Positions 14,006 to 27,219 of a stretch of 64,000 bases of DNA are shown piece by piece. Position numbers and translations under genes: made by a program. The notes beneath the pieces are model-generated. The model saw only the letters and a program-made list of their open reading frames with translations. It ran no database searches and had not been told where the DNA came from. This DNA is from Octopus sinensis. Its lineage: Eukaryota. The DNA is taken from positions 29,946,001-30,010,000 of the forward strand of contig NC_043013.1 of NCBI RefSeq assembly GCF_006345805.1, given 5' to 3'. Every line of letters begins with the position of its first letter. Within the stretch, counting starts at the first letter, position 1.

Positions 14006-14423
14006 TCTCTAATATACTGACTCCTACCGATCACAATATCGTTCCTCCTTACTCCCGTTTTCCACAAGTTATATAACACCACATCAGTGACAACATACTC
14101 GGAGTTAATATCAGTGCTAATCTCCCTCACACCCGCTCTTGTCCTGCTTCAACACTTATACTGTTGTTGTGAAGCTTATATTTCTCACTGTGTCGTGGCA
14201 TTGACTTCTGTCCTTTACTATACTATACATTTCAGCATTACTGTACATGTCAACATATTCTGTACTTTACATTCCGACATGTTCCAAAGACGAAATAATG
14301 TTCCATACATTTGTTAGCACTTGTTTCAATTCATCTTTTAGATGGGGCACAAAAGTTCTCGTTCCCATTTACATGAGACGTATGTGTACTTCATCTTTTA
14401 CGGACATACAGAACATCTTGGGA

Positions 14424-14488
<65 letters not shown>

Positions 14489-15064
14489 TGTGTGTGTGTA
14501 TGTTTCTGCTAATACTTTTTGCAGAAGTTTTTTTTCCCATCTGAACCTAGCTAACTCCAAAATTTTCCTGTTCGACACGGCATTCTAGGAACGTGCCTGT
14601 GTAAAATGCCCATGATGCTAGGATGGCCGTTGTTTCTATCGTTTTGCGAGTCTTCAAATAAAGGTCTCTATCTCTCTGAAAAACATAAAATAAATCATCA
14701 TTTTCATTTAAAAAGTTTGTATATTGATATAGAATCTATTTAAAATTGTCTGTGTAAATGTTTTTGTTTATTAGGATATGATCATTACTTTTATCTTGTC
14801 GCCATGTCGCCATGTTGTTAAAGTAAGACAGAAAATAGGAAAACCCATTTGAAGCAAAAGCATATTATTGAATGTCTTTATGTCCCGAAGGAACAAAAAC
14901 AAAAAACAAACAAACCCAAAACTAAATGAAAGAAGAAATAACTGTTTGCAATGACACTCTAATTAGATTAGAAATCCTATCCACATTTAAGCCACGCTTG
15001 GAATTCAAAAGAATACAGAGCCGAAAGTAAATCACTTTTAGCTAGAACTGAAGGAACTATTAAC

Positions 15065-15107
<43 letters not shown>

Positions 15108-15687
15108 TAATAATAATAATAATAATAATAATCTAAAGATGAGTATCATAATCAATAAAGGAAGATAATTCATAAAAAAAGGATAATAGAAGTAAAGGAA
15201 GAGTAATGTAAACCTCAATGCAACTGCAAAACAAATTAATAAAAAGAAAAGAAAAAAACAAGAAAAACAAAGCCAAGGAAAACTCCAATCAAATTCGAAT
15301 TCATTTGCATTGGCCGCAATACACACAATGAGGAAATAATATAGTGAAATATTTCAGTATTCTCTTATAAGCATTCAAAGTAAAGTTTAAGAAGGAAACG
15401 AAAACATTAATAACTTAAAAGGGAAGAAATTCATTGAGGTTTTCAATGAAGCAGAGAGGTAATAACGTCAGCATGTGAATTGTTCTGGTCGAGCTTATTG
15501 GACCCTAAAGGTTAATAATATTACCGTGAAGACAGTATTACAAACGTAAAGAGTCACTGAGTCAGAAAATCGAAAGCGATGTATGAGCGTATGATATTAG
15601 TTTTCCAATCTTCTCAAAATAATGTATCAAATCGATAGATCTGCACATATGTTTGTGTGTATGCGCGCTTGTGTAAATGTAGACACA

Positions 15688-15736
<49 letters not shown>

Positions 15737-18286
15737 TTATATATCTGTAAATTGATATATATGTGGTACAAATAAACAGTCTTTATATATACATTTATAC
15801 AATATATACAGGTACACATACATATATACATATAAAAATACACACACACACACACACATATATATATGCTCATACATTGCTGAGCATATGTGTGCCTATG
15901 TGATTATATCTATATATATATATATGTGACAGTAAAACACACACACACATATATATATAGCCACAAATACTCACACATATGTTTCCCCGTGTCAGCACTC
16001 TGATTCATTGTTATTATGAGTGCTCCCTTCTCGATTAATATCTGCTGTTTATCACAATATTGGTAAATGTATCATCTTTGTATCATATTCATCTTTTATT
16101 GTTCAATGTTTTCTATTTGTTATGCAATTATCTTGTATGTATCTAAGAAAACTTTCAACATCAGAGTGAACCGATATCAGTATTATTGAACTGACGTCAT
16201 ATCCAGAGCAACATAATCTTCAAAATGACTATAGCAAAATGTGTAATGAATCAGAAAGCAACCTAGATTCCTCGAAGCATTAAAGATTTATTGCCCAAAT
16301 ACTATAAAGCTGTGTCCGAATTTGTCGCTGTACTTGACAAAGTAAACCGAACACATTTCTAGTTGCCTGTTAGTATTTAATTTTGTCACTGTGTCTATAA
16401 GAAATATTTACACGAAACAAATACCGCAGTGAATGGCGTTTTCACAGTGCGCCTATGTGAAGTTAAAAGTGAAAACCGATGAATTTTAAATGAAATTTAA
16501 CTTAAAGGTGCACAATTTATGATATTGAGATTGAATTTTCATATAAGTCTGTAGCAACGTCAGGAGGACTTCTCAAATGTATCCAACCTTTGTGTCATGA
16601 TAGAAAAGTGAAACATTGTTGACGTTTTCAAATTATTACTCAATCCAAGGTTTATGTGAAATCGTAGTTGTTCGATTCGATGGGGTATCGAACAACCAAT
16701 CGCAGTTTATAACTTGTTCGTGACACCGAGAAGAAGTCAGCATCCAGATATTCAGTGTACACCTATCTGGCAGGCAGAGTTGTCTGTTACTAGTTGTTGA
16801 ATATAACATCTGTTTGGTTACTGAATGTTTTGCTGGACTGGAATACTGAATCCAAGTCCTTTCCATGTCTGGAGAAGAACTTGGAACGTTAAAAATGATA
16901 CAGATGCCTTTGTTTCTTTAATCAATTTACAAATTATCGGGTTTTTCCTTGTCACACCAACAATCCAATATGTTTAAGGTGACATGGTACAAATCATTAA
17001 TTTTCTTATTGGTTGTCCGATATTTTGTTATGAGTACGAACAATTAACAACTAATATTTACACTATGGCATATCGCTTCCCACCGCTAAAATCGTTTACA
17101 CATTGCTATTATGTAAGAAATCAAAATGGGAACGTAATCTCAATTGATGGTTTGATTCGTCCACGTACATTGTGATGTATTATGAAGATACTATTTCGCT
17201 TATATTGTGTAACAGTGTCTGCTTCAGGTTACATGGGAGGAAATTCAAATAAAAAAACTTTAGGAATGATAGCATCATATAAAGTAGATTTCTACTATTT
17301 CATTTACTTTATGCAATAAGCCAATAGTAAGCACTGTTGGTCTGCGTGTCAATGCAGTACGCGAACGAAAATTCGTATGGTTGTTTTAATTCCTGTACTG
17401 AAAGGGAAGTGTGGTCAGCCCATGTTAATGCGCTTATGTCCATTTTAGTTTTCTTACAGCTATTCAATTTATACGAATAGACGATGTGTTAGATAATGTG
17501 AAGTAGTGAAAAGAAGAAAATGAAGTATTGCCAAATGGCTTTATTATGACCGAATGAGTCAGAGAGATAGCAATAGAGATAGAGAGAGACATTGAAAGAT
17601 ATAAAAACATACAAAGCGAGAGTTCGGCTAGCTGCTAGAATTAATGGAATATCTATTGTTATATATATGTTTGTGAGAAGTTGGAAGTAAATATGGGTAA
17701 CAACCTGTATGTTTCGTGTTCCCATCCAACGGGTGTATACAATTTTCTGTTTTTAATTGTTTAGTCAAAGAAGAAAAGACAGTGACCTGAAACCTGTTCA
17801 AGTTCTGTAAGGCTTTTAAGAGTAAAGGGATAACTAATCTTAAGAACGGTGACCGGACCAGATAACTGAGTTAAACTACACCACGCACAATGACATACAA
17901 CGAAGAATCAGAATAATTACTCCATTTCTGACAGGTTTTCTTACAGTTTTCATCTACTAAATTTTGCTCGCAAGGTTTAGTACACTCATTCTACTGTTAA
18001 CACTACTGTCCACACGGGCGGCACAGTTAGAGCGAATCATAAAACACATGACTCGGAACAGAACTTCTTAACCTCATGCCTAGAGTCCATAAAATAAGCT
18101 CTAGGTAATTTACTGGATTCCATTCAATCAAATTTACTCTTGGCATGTAGGAATATATAAATCATAATTACAAATAAATGAATTTGAATTGCTATTTTTG
18201 AAAATTTACTTCAGTTGTTCATAATTTCATGAACGTCCTAAAATCTTATTCCATTATGTGACATTTCGTGTAGCATGGTATGAACC

Positions 18287-18396
18287 CAGAGACTGCATAC
18301 CAGGGACTGCATACCAGGGACTGCATACCAGGGACTGCATACCAGGGACTGCATACCAGGGACTGCATACCAGGGACTGCATACCAGGGACTGCAT
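18287..18396. repeat. 14-bp minisatellite (CAGGGACTGCATAC), ~8 copies
   Basis: Near-perfect units; the first is cagagactgcatac and the last is truncated. Confidence 0.95.
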
Positions 18397-19639
18397 TGAA
18401 CTAAGCATCGAAGTTCTAATTCAGAATGACAAAAAAAAAAAAATAATGAGATGGTTCAGATTTAATGCTATCGAGCCACATGGATATAAGTTCGTTAGAA
18501 GTTTCTCAAAACTATTACTTCTCGAAACTTGTAATATACACAAAACAATCTGTTCCCTGTCGAAATTAAGAAAATTTCGTATCCAATCAGCTGTAAGTTT
18601 AATTTCCCTATTCCATTCGACTCCACAATCGTAATTATACGCAAGGTTTTCCCAATAAAATCATTAACGAACGCAATGAAAAGGCATTTTGAATTTCAGT
18701 AGAAATGCTCGTTTGATTCACGTGATAACTATATGAAGAAATGATTTCTGATATAAATAGGTGACGGGATAAATGTACGCGCATTTCAATGAATGATAGT
18801 GACAAATAGAAATTTTTAATGAACGATCAAAGCAGTATTTGAATGGAAAATTGATAGTATTTGACAGAATGATTACTGAGTTGGGATTTTTACAGTTACG
18901 GTCACGGGGAATTGGGTCTAAATTTCTCAAACCACATTTTACCGTTTGCAACAACGTCAAGTTCACTGGACAAGATAAGTTATGTGCATGATTGATGCTT
19001 TTGAGAAGAAAATGAATGTCACAAAATTCACTGAAAGCTAATATTCTAAACTATAAAACACAAAATCAAAGAAAAATTTGGTCAGTTTTACTTGGTGAAA
19101 TGAGTCCATAGAAAGTTTGTAGAAAAACTGAGCTGGTTTGATAAAAGGAGTGAAAAATACAAGGCTTCGGTTTCTTGTCCGTCTTCAGAGAACGGGTTGA
19201 AAGAGAAAGAGGTTCGAAGAAAGTAAAGCATAGATGAGGAGTCGAGTGAAAACTAGGAAGTGACTATATAAAAGTGAAGTAAGTCTTATTGCTTTGGTGG
19301 CAAATTTAATCACGTATTCGTTTAGGCGTGGAATATTTAAAACTAACGTCATTTATTAAAAATTATGGTCTCCCAATATTTTTATGAATTATGCAGAATG
19401 TGCAAAAATGAGAAAAAGTCGATTTGAAAATAATTTGATTCATTTTATATTAATTTGTTAATATTGAAAAACGATCAGGGTCAGAAGCTTTCGAAGACGC
19501 GTATAAAATTGTTATTTCAATTTGTGGTTACATTTGCGTCTTTAACAAACTGAAGAACATTGTTTTAAATTAGAAAAAAATGTTGCTTACAAATTGAAAC
19601 GAAGAAATTTTCTACTATATGTACCAAGTCTGAAGATTG

Positions 19640-19822
19640 TTGGGTGGGAGCCAGTCGATTACAATGACCCCAGATATCAACGGACATATAATTTTATCGA
19701 TGTCGAAAGAACGAAAAGCAAAGTCAATTTGGGCGAAATTTGAACTCAAAACTTAAAAGCCGAACGAAATAGCCGATAAATGTTTGTCCGATGCGCTAAC
19801 AATTCTGAGAACTCGCCGCTTT
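19640..19822 (-). mobile_element. SINE family A, degenerate
   Basis: aaagcaaagtcaat...ggcgaaatttgaactc...gctaacaattctg..actcgccgc is the reverse complement of the family A head. Confidence 0.75.
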
Positions 19823-20446
19823 AAATTTAATCAATATGCTATATTTCAAATGTAAATGGAATGTATCTATGTAAAAATATAAAAAGAGATGCCGCTCCTA
19901 CGTGCCCCTTAATATGATTCTTGATCAAAATATAGATAAAAATGTTTTCACTTCAGAAAGGAAAGCAGAATCTCTGTTGTTCAAAATATAAGAAAGGTGA
20001 AATATGTTAGGAATGCACCGAAATTTTGGGCATTTATTCTTTAAAGTGATGATTATATTTATAAGAAATGAAAGTGTGATGTCGAGGAGTTGTGTCAAAG
20101 ACGGCAAGAATCCAGTGAGCTATGATGTAAGTCGTGGAGTGGTTGTCCGATGTGGGAGAGTGTAAAGTTCAAGGGGAACAGTGGTCAGAGTCTGTAACGA
20201 GATCTATGTAAGTTGAAATGACAAGGAGGTAGTAAGACTCCAGGCCAGAGAAAATACGGATAGAAGAGGAAGGACCTAGAAGGATATAGACCAAGGACGC
20301 GGTGGACAAAAAGAACACATATTTTCAATAATGAAGTTGCACAAAGAATGTGGGGAAAATGAATAGGGAAATGGAAAGTGCTAGAAGTCATTTGAAATAT
20401 CTACAATGTGTAAAATGTGGTTTACACATGTGTAAACTCTGGTTGG

Positions 20447-21781
20447 AATTTTAGAAAAGGGACCGTACTACGTGTTTTACATTCTCCTTTTAAAGTTTCC
20501 GAACTCTATGCACCTCCGTGTTCAACCCTGCCACTATACAGCTCCACAACATTCCCTTTCGCCTATCCGTGCCCACAAATACCTCAGTTATTTTCGGAGC
20601 TTCAACTCATATTCTTCATGTGTAAAATGTGGTTGGAATAATAAAGACAAAAATATCTAGATGAGTACAGAAAGAATGTAAGGTAGGATTTGATGCGAGT
20701 TGAAGAGAAAGAAGATGATTGATATAATGGTTTGTAATTTAGTCAAAAGGTGTATTATTTTGGGAAGTAGAGGATTAGTTGATGCTATTGACGCCATTAC
20801 GGGATCAGTAATTATTTTATGTATCCAGGAATGACATGACACAAGGCAAAGCTGATCTGGGAGGCATTTGACCCGGGAATGTAATGGACCAGTTATTTTC
20901 CCGAAACGCCTACAATGAAGCCAATGCGGAAAGTTCGAGATTTACAATAATAAAGACAAGACAGTCAACAGACAACTAACAACAAGCATTGCACATTTGA
21001 CACTTATGGTTATGAACAATTGTGTGCGTAATAATTTAACACAAACCGTCCGACGAAACAAAACGTGTACTTACATAAACGAAAGGTTTATAAAAACACA
21101 GTGCAAACGAACACACGTCTTATACACGCAGGAACAGTCTTTTACGGTGAAAAAAGAATAAAAGTACAATGTAGGGTCAGTGTGTATTAAAGCCCTATGA
21201 GGGAAAAATATCCCAATTGAACTTAAGGCATTGCTTTTTGGGTTTTCGGATTTCTCGGTGCCAAAGACCGAAAGTGGTCATATGCAGAAGGCCAGAAAGA
21301 TTGATGGGTTATTGTTTTGAGGACTTTCTGAGAATTGTTATGAATCTTCATTAAATGATCGCGAGCCCTCTCCGACATGGTGACGTACACTGCAGCGCTT
21401 TGATAGCAATAAAGTATATAAAATTAAAATGGGTGGAATGTGGAGGACGGCACTGTCTCTGGACCTGGTGCCTGCAAGAGTATTTGTATGAGAAATGAGA
21501 GTGAAGATTAGTGAAGCTATTTCGGGAACATGTGCAAGTGCCATACAGATGGTGTATAGGGAGATCGAAAGGAACTACACACTAAAAGACCGCGGAGATT
21601 TATATAATTTTGAAGAATATGAGTTGAAGCTCCGAAAATAACTGAGGTATTTGTGGGTACGGATAGGCGAAAGGGACTGTTGTGGAGCTGTATAGTGGCA
21701 GGGTTGAACACGGAGGTGGATAGAGTTTGGAAACTTTAAAAGGAGAGTGTAAAACATGTAGTAGGTCTCCTTTCTAAAATT
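20447..21781. repeat. Inverted repeat pair, ~170 bp arms (20447-20618 / 21611-21781)
   Basis: ORFs 20472(+) and 21575(-) share LLLKFPNS.HLRVQPCHYTAPQ.SLSPIR.HKYLSYFRSFNSYSS; the DNA arms are reverse complements with few mismatches. Confidence 0.9.
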
Positions 21782-22199
21782 TCATTTCCTTTCTGCGCCT
21801 TCCATTCTTTATCCCAGTTGTTGTACTATGAGTTTCTCGTATTTTTGGCACTCCCATATGCATTATGAGACTTCCCTGTTCTCTTCGTTGGTTCCTGTTC
21901 AATATTGCTCTCTGCTTCTTTGCTATTTACATCTCATTATACCACTTGGAGTCAAGTCGGCACATTACCTTTTCAGATGTTGTCTCTAATGGCAATGGTT
22001 TGTCGGAAATGTCTCTTCGATCAGGCAACAGGTTTGATTATATTTGAATATATTAGATTTTTCTTTGAAAATCCTATAATATTCAAGGCCTTTTTGATAA
22101 TCTAAAACCACTTTTAATTCCCAGCCGCTACAATTTTCAAAGCCAGGCACAGTTCATGCATGTTAGATGGTGTATTATTACTAAACGTAAAGAACGCAG

Positions 22200-22372
22200 T
22201 GCGCTGCCAGAATGGTAAGCAAGTCGGACAAAAAGATTACCGGCGTTTCGTCCGTCTTTACGTTCTGATTTCAAATTACATCGAAGTCGACTTTGACTTT
22301 CATTCTTTCGGGGTTCAGTAAAATAAGTAATCGACTGGCCCCAACTAACAAAATTTCAAACCTTGTGCCTAT
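22200..22372 (+). mobile_element. SINE family A, degenerate
   Basis: tttcgtccgtctttacgttctgatttcaaatt...gtcgactttgactttcattctttcgggg. Confidence 0.75.
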
Positions 22373-22424
22373 TTATTACTGAACTTAAACCAATGTAATT
22401 GATAATGTATAGGTTTAGCAGAGT

Positions 22425-22706
22425 AAAGGGTAAAGACTCCTTCGGTTATGGATGACCATGGGATTGTATCTAGAAAGTTCCCCTTCAAGGCACAAGTCTG
22501 GGCAAGGTATTTTATAGAAGGCTAGCAGTTTCCCATGCATACCAGACTCCCCTATCCACGTGTGTCCCATGTTATCCAAGTGAACTGGGGCGACTAAAAT
22601 AAACTGCCTTGCTCAAGAGCACAACTAACAGCTCGGCCAAGGAGTCGAACATACTAGCTCATGATTGTGAGCACGACGCGCTAACCACTGTGCCATACGG
22701 CTTCAC
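22425..22706 (-). mobile_element. tRNA-derived SINE (family C)
   Basis: Minus strand starts gaagccgtatggcacagtggttagcgcg...gttcgactcc (A and B boxes), followed by cttgagcaaggca; related head at 51665-51910. Confidence 0.7.
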
Positions 22707-23847
22707 ATGCATAGTAGCTTAATAGCAATGTTTTAACTGCAACAAAATTAAGAGTTTTTTTCTAATTAATCAAAATATAATCTGCCATTTATTCTACAAT
22801 ATGGTATCAGTTAATGGTTCGTTGATCTATATTAAGAGCTAAATGAGCAGTACAGACACGGTGACCTGGTACGAACCAGCGATTCTCCTGCTTACTATGT
22901 TCGATACTCAGTCGAGTAAGATCGTTGATTATAGTTCTCATGTAAACCATAACCTAAGACTTTTTGCTGTTCGCATATTTTATATTGTGCCACTATGTAC
23001 GAAATTAAACATCAAGTGAATGGTGAAGTAAATTGCGCAGAGTAACGATAACCTCTCTGGGAGCTGCATCAGCTTGTTGGTTTGCAGTCTGATCGTAATC
23101 ATGTATAATATTACTTTGCTTGTCACGGCATTCGGGTTTTGTATTTTAGACAACGTTAACTCTGGAATGAAACTGAAGATGTAATGAAAATCTTTAACAC
23201 TGGGAAACAATGTTATGAAAATCTATACCATTATGCATTAAAAACAAAGTAAGAAAATGTATAAAAGACGAAGGTTTCACGGGCTCAGGCCGGTTTAGGG
23301 TTATATTACCACATGTTGTTAATGATATTAAGTAAAAGAAAAAAAAAAGAAAGAACTGAACGATACACAATCTCACTTTTTTCTCTCATATCAATTCGGA
23401 GTTTTGAGTCAATATAAGCTAATAATATTGAAATGGCAATATCTGCATCGAAGCAATTTGTACCAACAGCTGGAGTGGTCGAAAAAAAATTAGATTGAAA
23501 TAAATGTATGAACTGGAAATATGAGCTGTAGAACACGTCTAAATTAACTAGCTAGTATTAGTGATTTCACTGACCGTCATCGCTAAAGCACTTAAAGGCA
23601 TAAATTTTAAGATATTTTTTCTATGATTTTATTAAATTAGGAACTAACGCATTAAAGAAAAAAATCCGGAAATGTGCATTATCAATTAATTCGATTAAAA
23701 TACATGTAACAGCAGAGAGAGAAATATATGGTTAAAAGATTCGTTCCGTGGCCATGTTGTTTCGGGATCGATTTAACTGTTCGCCACATAGGACAATGAT
23801 TTTCTACCACAGTGTTGATTTAATGAATTACATGTCAGTGAAATTTG

Positions 23848-23893
<46 letters not shown>

Positions 23894-24221
23894 ATATAGA
23901 TGGATAGATATTCAGATTGGAGAAAATTTACACTCTGTTTTACTCAGAATATCCTTGTCCTGAAGTACTTAGTGTAAAATATTTATTACAATATGTCGTT
24001 TCTACTGACGCTAATTGAAAAATATATATTGATGGTTGAGTATTCTCCGTCGGTTTCGACGATGAAGATTCGAGTTTTCCGTTCATCTGATTTCCCGATC
24101 TTGAAATTATCGGCTAAGTGGCTATGTGTTCTGCAGACACGTATGCCATTTGTGCAATTCGCAGGCCAAAGTCTTCGGGAAACAAGGTGACAAGATTGAC
24201 ATTTCAATTACAGACATAAAC

Positions 24222-24324
24222 GAGAGAGAGAGAGAAAGAGAAAGAGAGAAGAAGAAGAAGAAGAAGAAGAAGAAGAAGAAGAAGAAGAAGAAGAAGAAGA
24301 AGAAGAAGAAGAAGAAGAAGAAGA
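24222..24324. repeat. (GA)n plus (GAA)n microsatellite
   Basis: Directly visible. Confidence 0.95.
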
Positions 24325-25904
24325 TTTTGACTGAGCCTTTTTATATCGACCCCGAAAAGATGAAAGGCAACGCTTGCCTCAACGGTATTTCAACTTAAAA
24401 CGCAGAGCTGTTTCGAGTACTATAAGACCTTGTATACGATGCTTTAATGATTGTCAACAATAGACATAGAAATGAGTATACAATACTGAAAGATTAATAC
24501 ATTTGTAGAATCCGTAGAGAAAGAAAGAAAGAAAAAATGTTAGGATAGGGAGGGGCTATAAAATTTCCAGTATTCATTTCTGTTACTTTCGATCATGATC
24601 TGAAAACTTTCACTATCTCGATTTCTTTGTCGAGAAATGAATAGAAAACTATATCTTAAGACAGATCGCGCAAGTAAAATCCTTACTGCTATGCTTTAAA
24701 TTCTATTATCATCGATTTAAATTGAAGTCTGAAAACTGCCTGACATTAATAATTCAAAATTTAGGGTGAAAGTGGAAAGTAGCACATGCTAATTTTATGG
24801 CACCTTTTGTTTTAAGTTAAATTAACAACGCAAAGTATTGAAGCTGCAAAAACCGGGAATCGAAATCGCATTGTAGGCTGCATTTACATAGCATTCATCT
24901 CATTATACCTCGACTTCACTCTGAATCTTATTAAAAGAAATCACGCATTACTGTTAGCGTAACAAACAAGCAAAAAATTGAAAAGGGCAGATACAAAAAT
25001 AAAACCAGTGTACTCAACTTCTAGTGACAGCTAATCAATCCTGTTTTATACATGTTCGCTCGAGTGGGTTTGAAGAAAATAAAGCCGCATTCATACAACG
25101 CTCTCTTGTTTACACTGTTCTTGTTGACAGTATTATCATTTGTCCCTGTCAAAATGTAGTTCTACCGAAAACCCAAAGGAATTATTAACATTTTTCCTTA
25201 AGTAATTTTTCATTTTCTTTAAACATCATAACTATTCTCAATAAATGGTGTTGCCAATTTCTTTTCAGCTATAAAGCAAACTTCGCTGTTCTTTCTTCAG
25301 ACATTGCGTTTCCCATCGCTGTACGCAAACAGATAAATCTCTTTTTATAGCCATATGCAGATTAGATGTTTCAAATAAACGACACGGGATACATGTGTGG
25401 AAACACAAGGGTAAAACTTGAAATAATTTGCCAGTCAAAGGATTGCTGAGACCATTTTCTGGCATCCTGTATGACGTGTTGTCAATAAGTTTTGTATGAG
25501 GCCAATCTATCACAAGAGAGCATCTTAATCACGTTGCCAGTCTAACGGAGCCTATTCTTATACAAGCTATAACCATGGGCAGGTTTGAAAATGACATTGC
25601 AAACTGAATAAGCTAACTTCAATCATCCAGTACTTGCAAGAATAATTTCTACTCATGACTCCTGTAAATGCATCAGTTGAGAAATGAAGATAGTCTAACA
25701 AAATAAGTAGTATTCAGTCCGATATTTGGAACGATCAAGTGTTTTATGCAAATTAACCACTATATTCACTATCTCTTACTTGAGAATGTAAGCTAATCAG
25801 ATAATCATCTCAATTGCAATATCTTCATGATCTGCCATACTGTTAGCTTCTTGTCTGAAGTAAAATAGCCAGTTATCAACGATACAACATTATTAATGAT
25901 AATG

Positions 25905-26480
25905 GGCTCGAATTCTGGTGCAAGCCAACAATTTTGGCGAAGAAGGTGTTAGCCGATACCACTGACTTCAGGCCTTCACCGGTATTGCAATCTGTCCGCA
26001 TAGAAAGAACGAATAGTTACATTTGCTTCAGTTGGCTTTAAATACATAATGTAAAGAAACAAAACAATTAATGCAAGGCATTATATTCAGATGCTCAAAC
26101 GGAGTTCGTCACCCGAAACAATCCCTTCTGCTATAGTTACAAGGCCAGATGATTACTTCAACCCCAGTGCGTAACTGCTATTTATTTCATCGACCCCTAA
26201 AGAATGAAAGGCAATGTCGACTTCTGTGTAATTTGAAGTCAGGTCGTAAAGACGGACGAAATGTCGCTAAGTATTTTGTCTAGTGTACCAACGATCCTGC
26301 CAGATCGCCACCTTTAATTATAATATTGATTTTTAATTTAAGTACTTGGTCAGCAGTGTTTGAGAGGGGTCAGTCGATGCCACTGGCTCTAGTTCTTGAC
26401 AGGTATATATTATCTCGACTCCAGGAAGGTAGAAATGCAAAGTCAATCTCAGAATATGAAATGCAGTAAGAAATACTTCA
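25905..26480 (-). mobile_element. Cluster of SINE family A copies
   Basis: ccccagtgcgtaactg...atcgacccc..aagaatgaaaggcaatgtcgac...gatcctgccagatcgccacc, plus two more degenerate neighbours. Confidence 0.7.
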
Positions 26481-26704
26481 AAGTATATTTTCTGGCGATT
26501 CAACGGATACGTCTTCTAAATAGAATAAGTGTTTTAGTTATTCTATTGAGTAAACTCACATTTTATATTTAGGATATTCAGGTAATCTAGATCTCTAGCC
26601 ATTTGGCATCATGTATTTAACTGAATCCGTCGATTTATAACATTAGGTTCGAATGTTACAGTAAATAATATGCTCAATATATTTTGAGCAAATATCATGC
26701 TCAA

Positions 26705-27135
26705 TACCATAGATTTGCTTGTTAGTTGTTTGACCTTAACCAGTTGAGCATAACTTTTAGTGGCCGAGGGTATGTTCATCTCTGATCACGAGCAGAAGTA
26801 GTGGGAGGGCATCATATCATGTATTGATTGGAATTCTTTGGCATTTGAGTAATTCACCTCTGGAAACATGGATGTTGCATTCCACATCCTTAAGTAACCC
26901 ATATTCAGGGACCTTTTGATCCGGGATGGGCTACTCGACCTGACAAAATTCTAACTGGGTCCCACCTGCAAAGTCATGCACTGTTTATCTTGATATAAGA
27001 TCACCATGTCGAGCACATAAGGTTGTGATGCATGTGCCTGGTGTACTCTTATGAGACGTGAAGTGATGATGGGTATACTGGGCTTCGTGTATTTTACCCC
27101 AGTGTTACTTTGATGGCATACACTGCTCTCTCACT
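26705..27135 (+). mobile_element. Interspersed repeat ending in (AAT)n, probable 3' region of a (TAA)n-targeting LINE
   Basis: A second copy lies at 1520-2395 (minus). It ends abruptly at ctctctcactc followed by (aat)n, like the Dong copies. Confidence 0.55.
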
Positions 27136-27136
27136 C

Positions 27137-27191
<55 letters not shown>

Positions 27192-27219
27192 GTAGTAATA
27201 ATAATAGCAATAATAATAA

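Noticed and set aside
14180-14430. Possible Tc1/mariner C-terminal relic on the minus strand (VKDEVHI...LKDELKQ)
   Set aside because: Similarity is too weak and no catalytic motif or TIR was found.
18287-18396. CRISPR-like array
   Set aside because: Units are contiguous with no spacers, there are no cas genes, and the context is eukaryotic.
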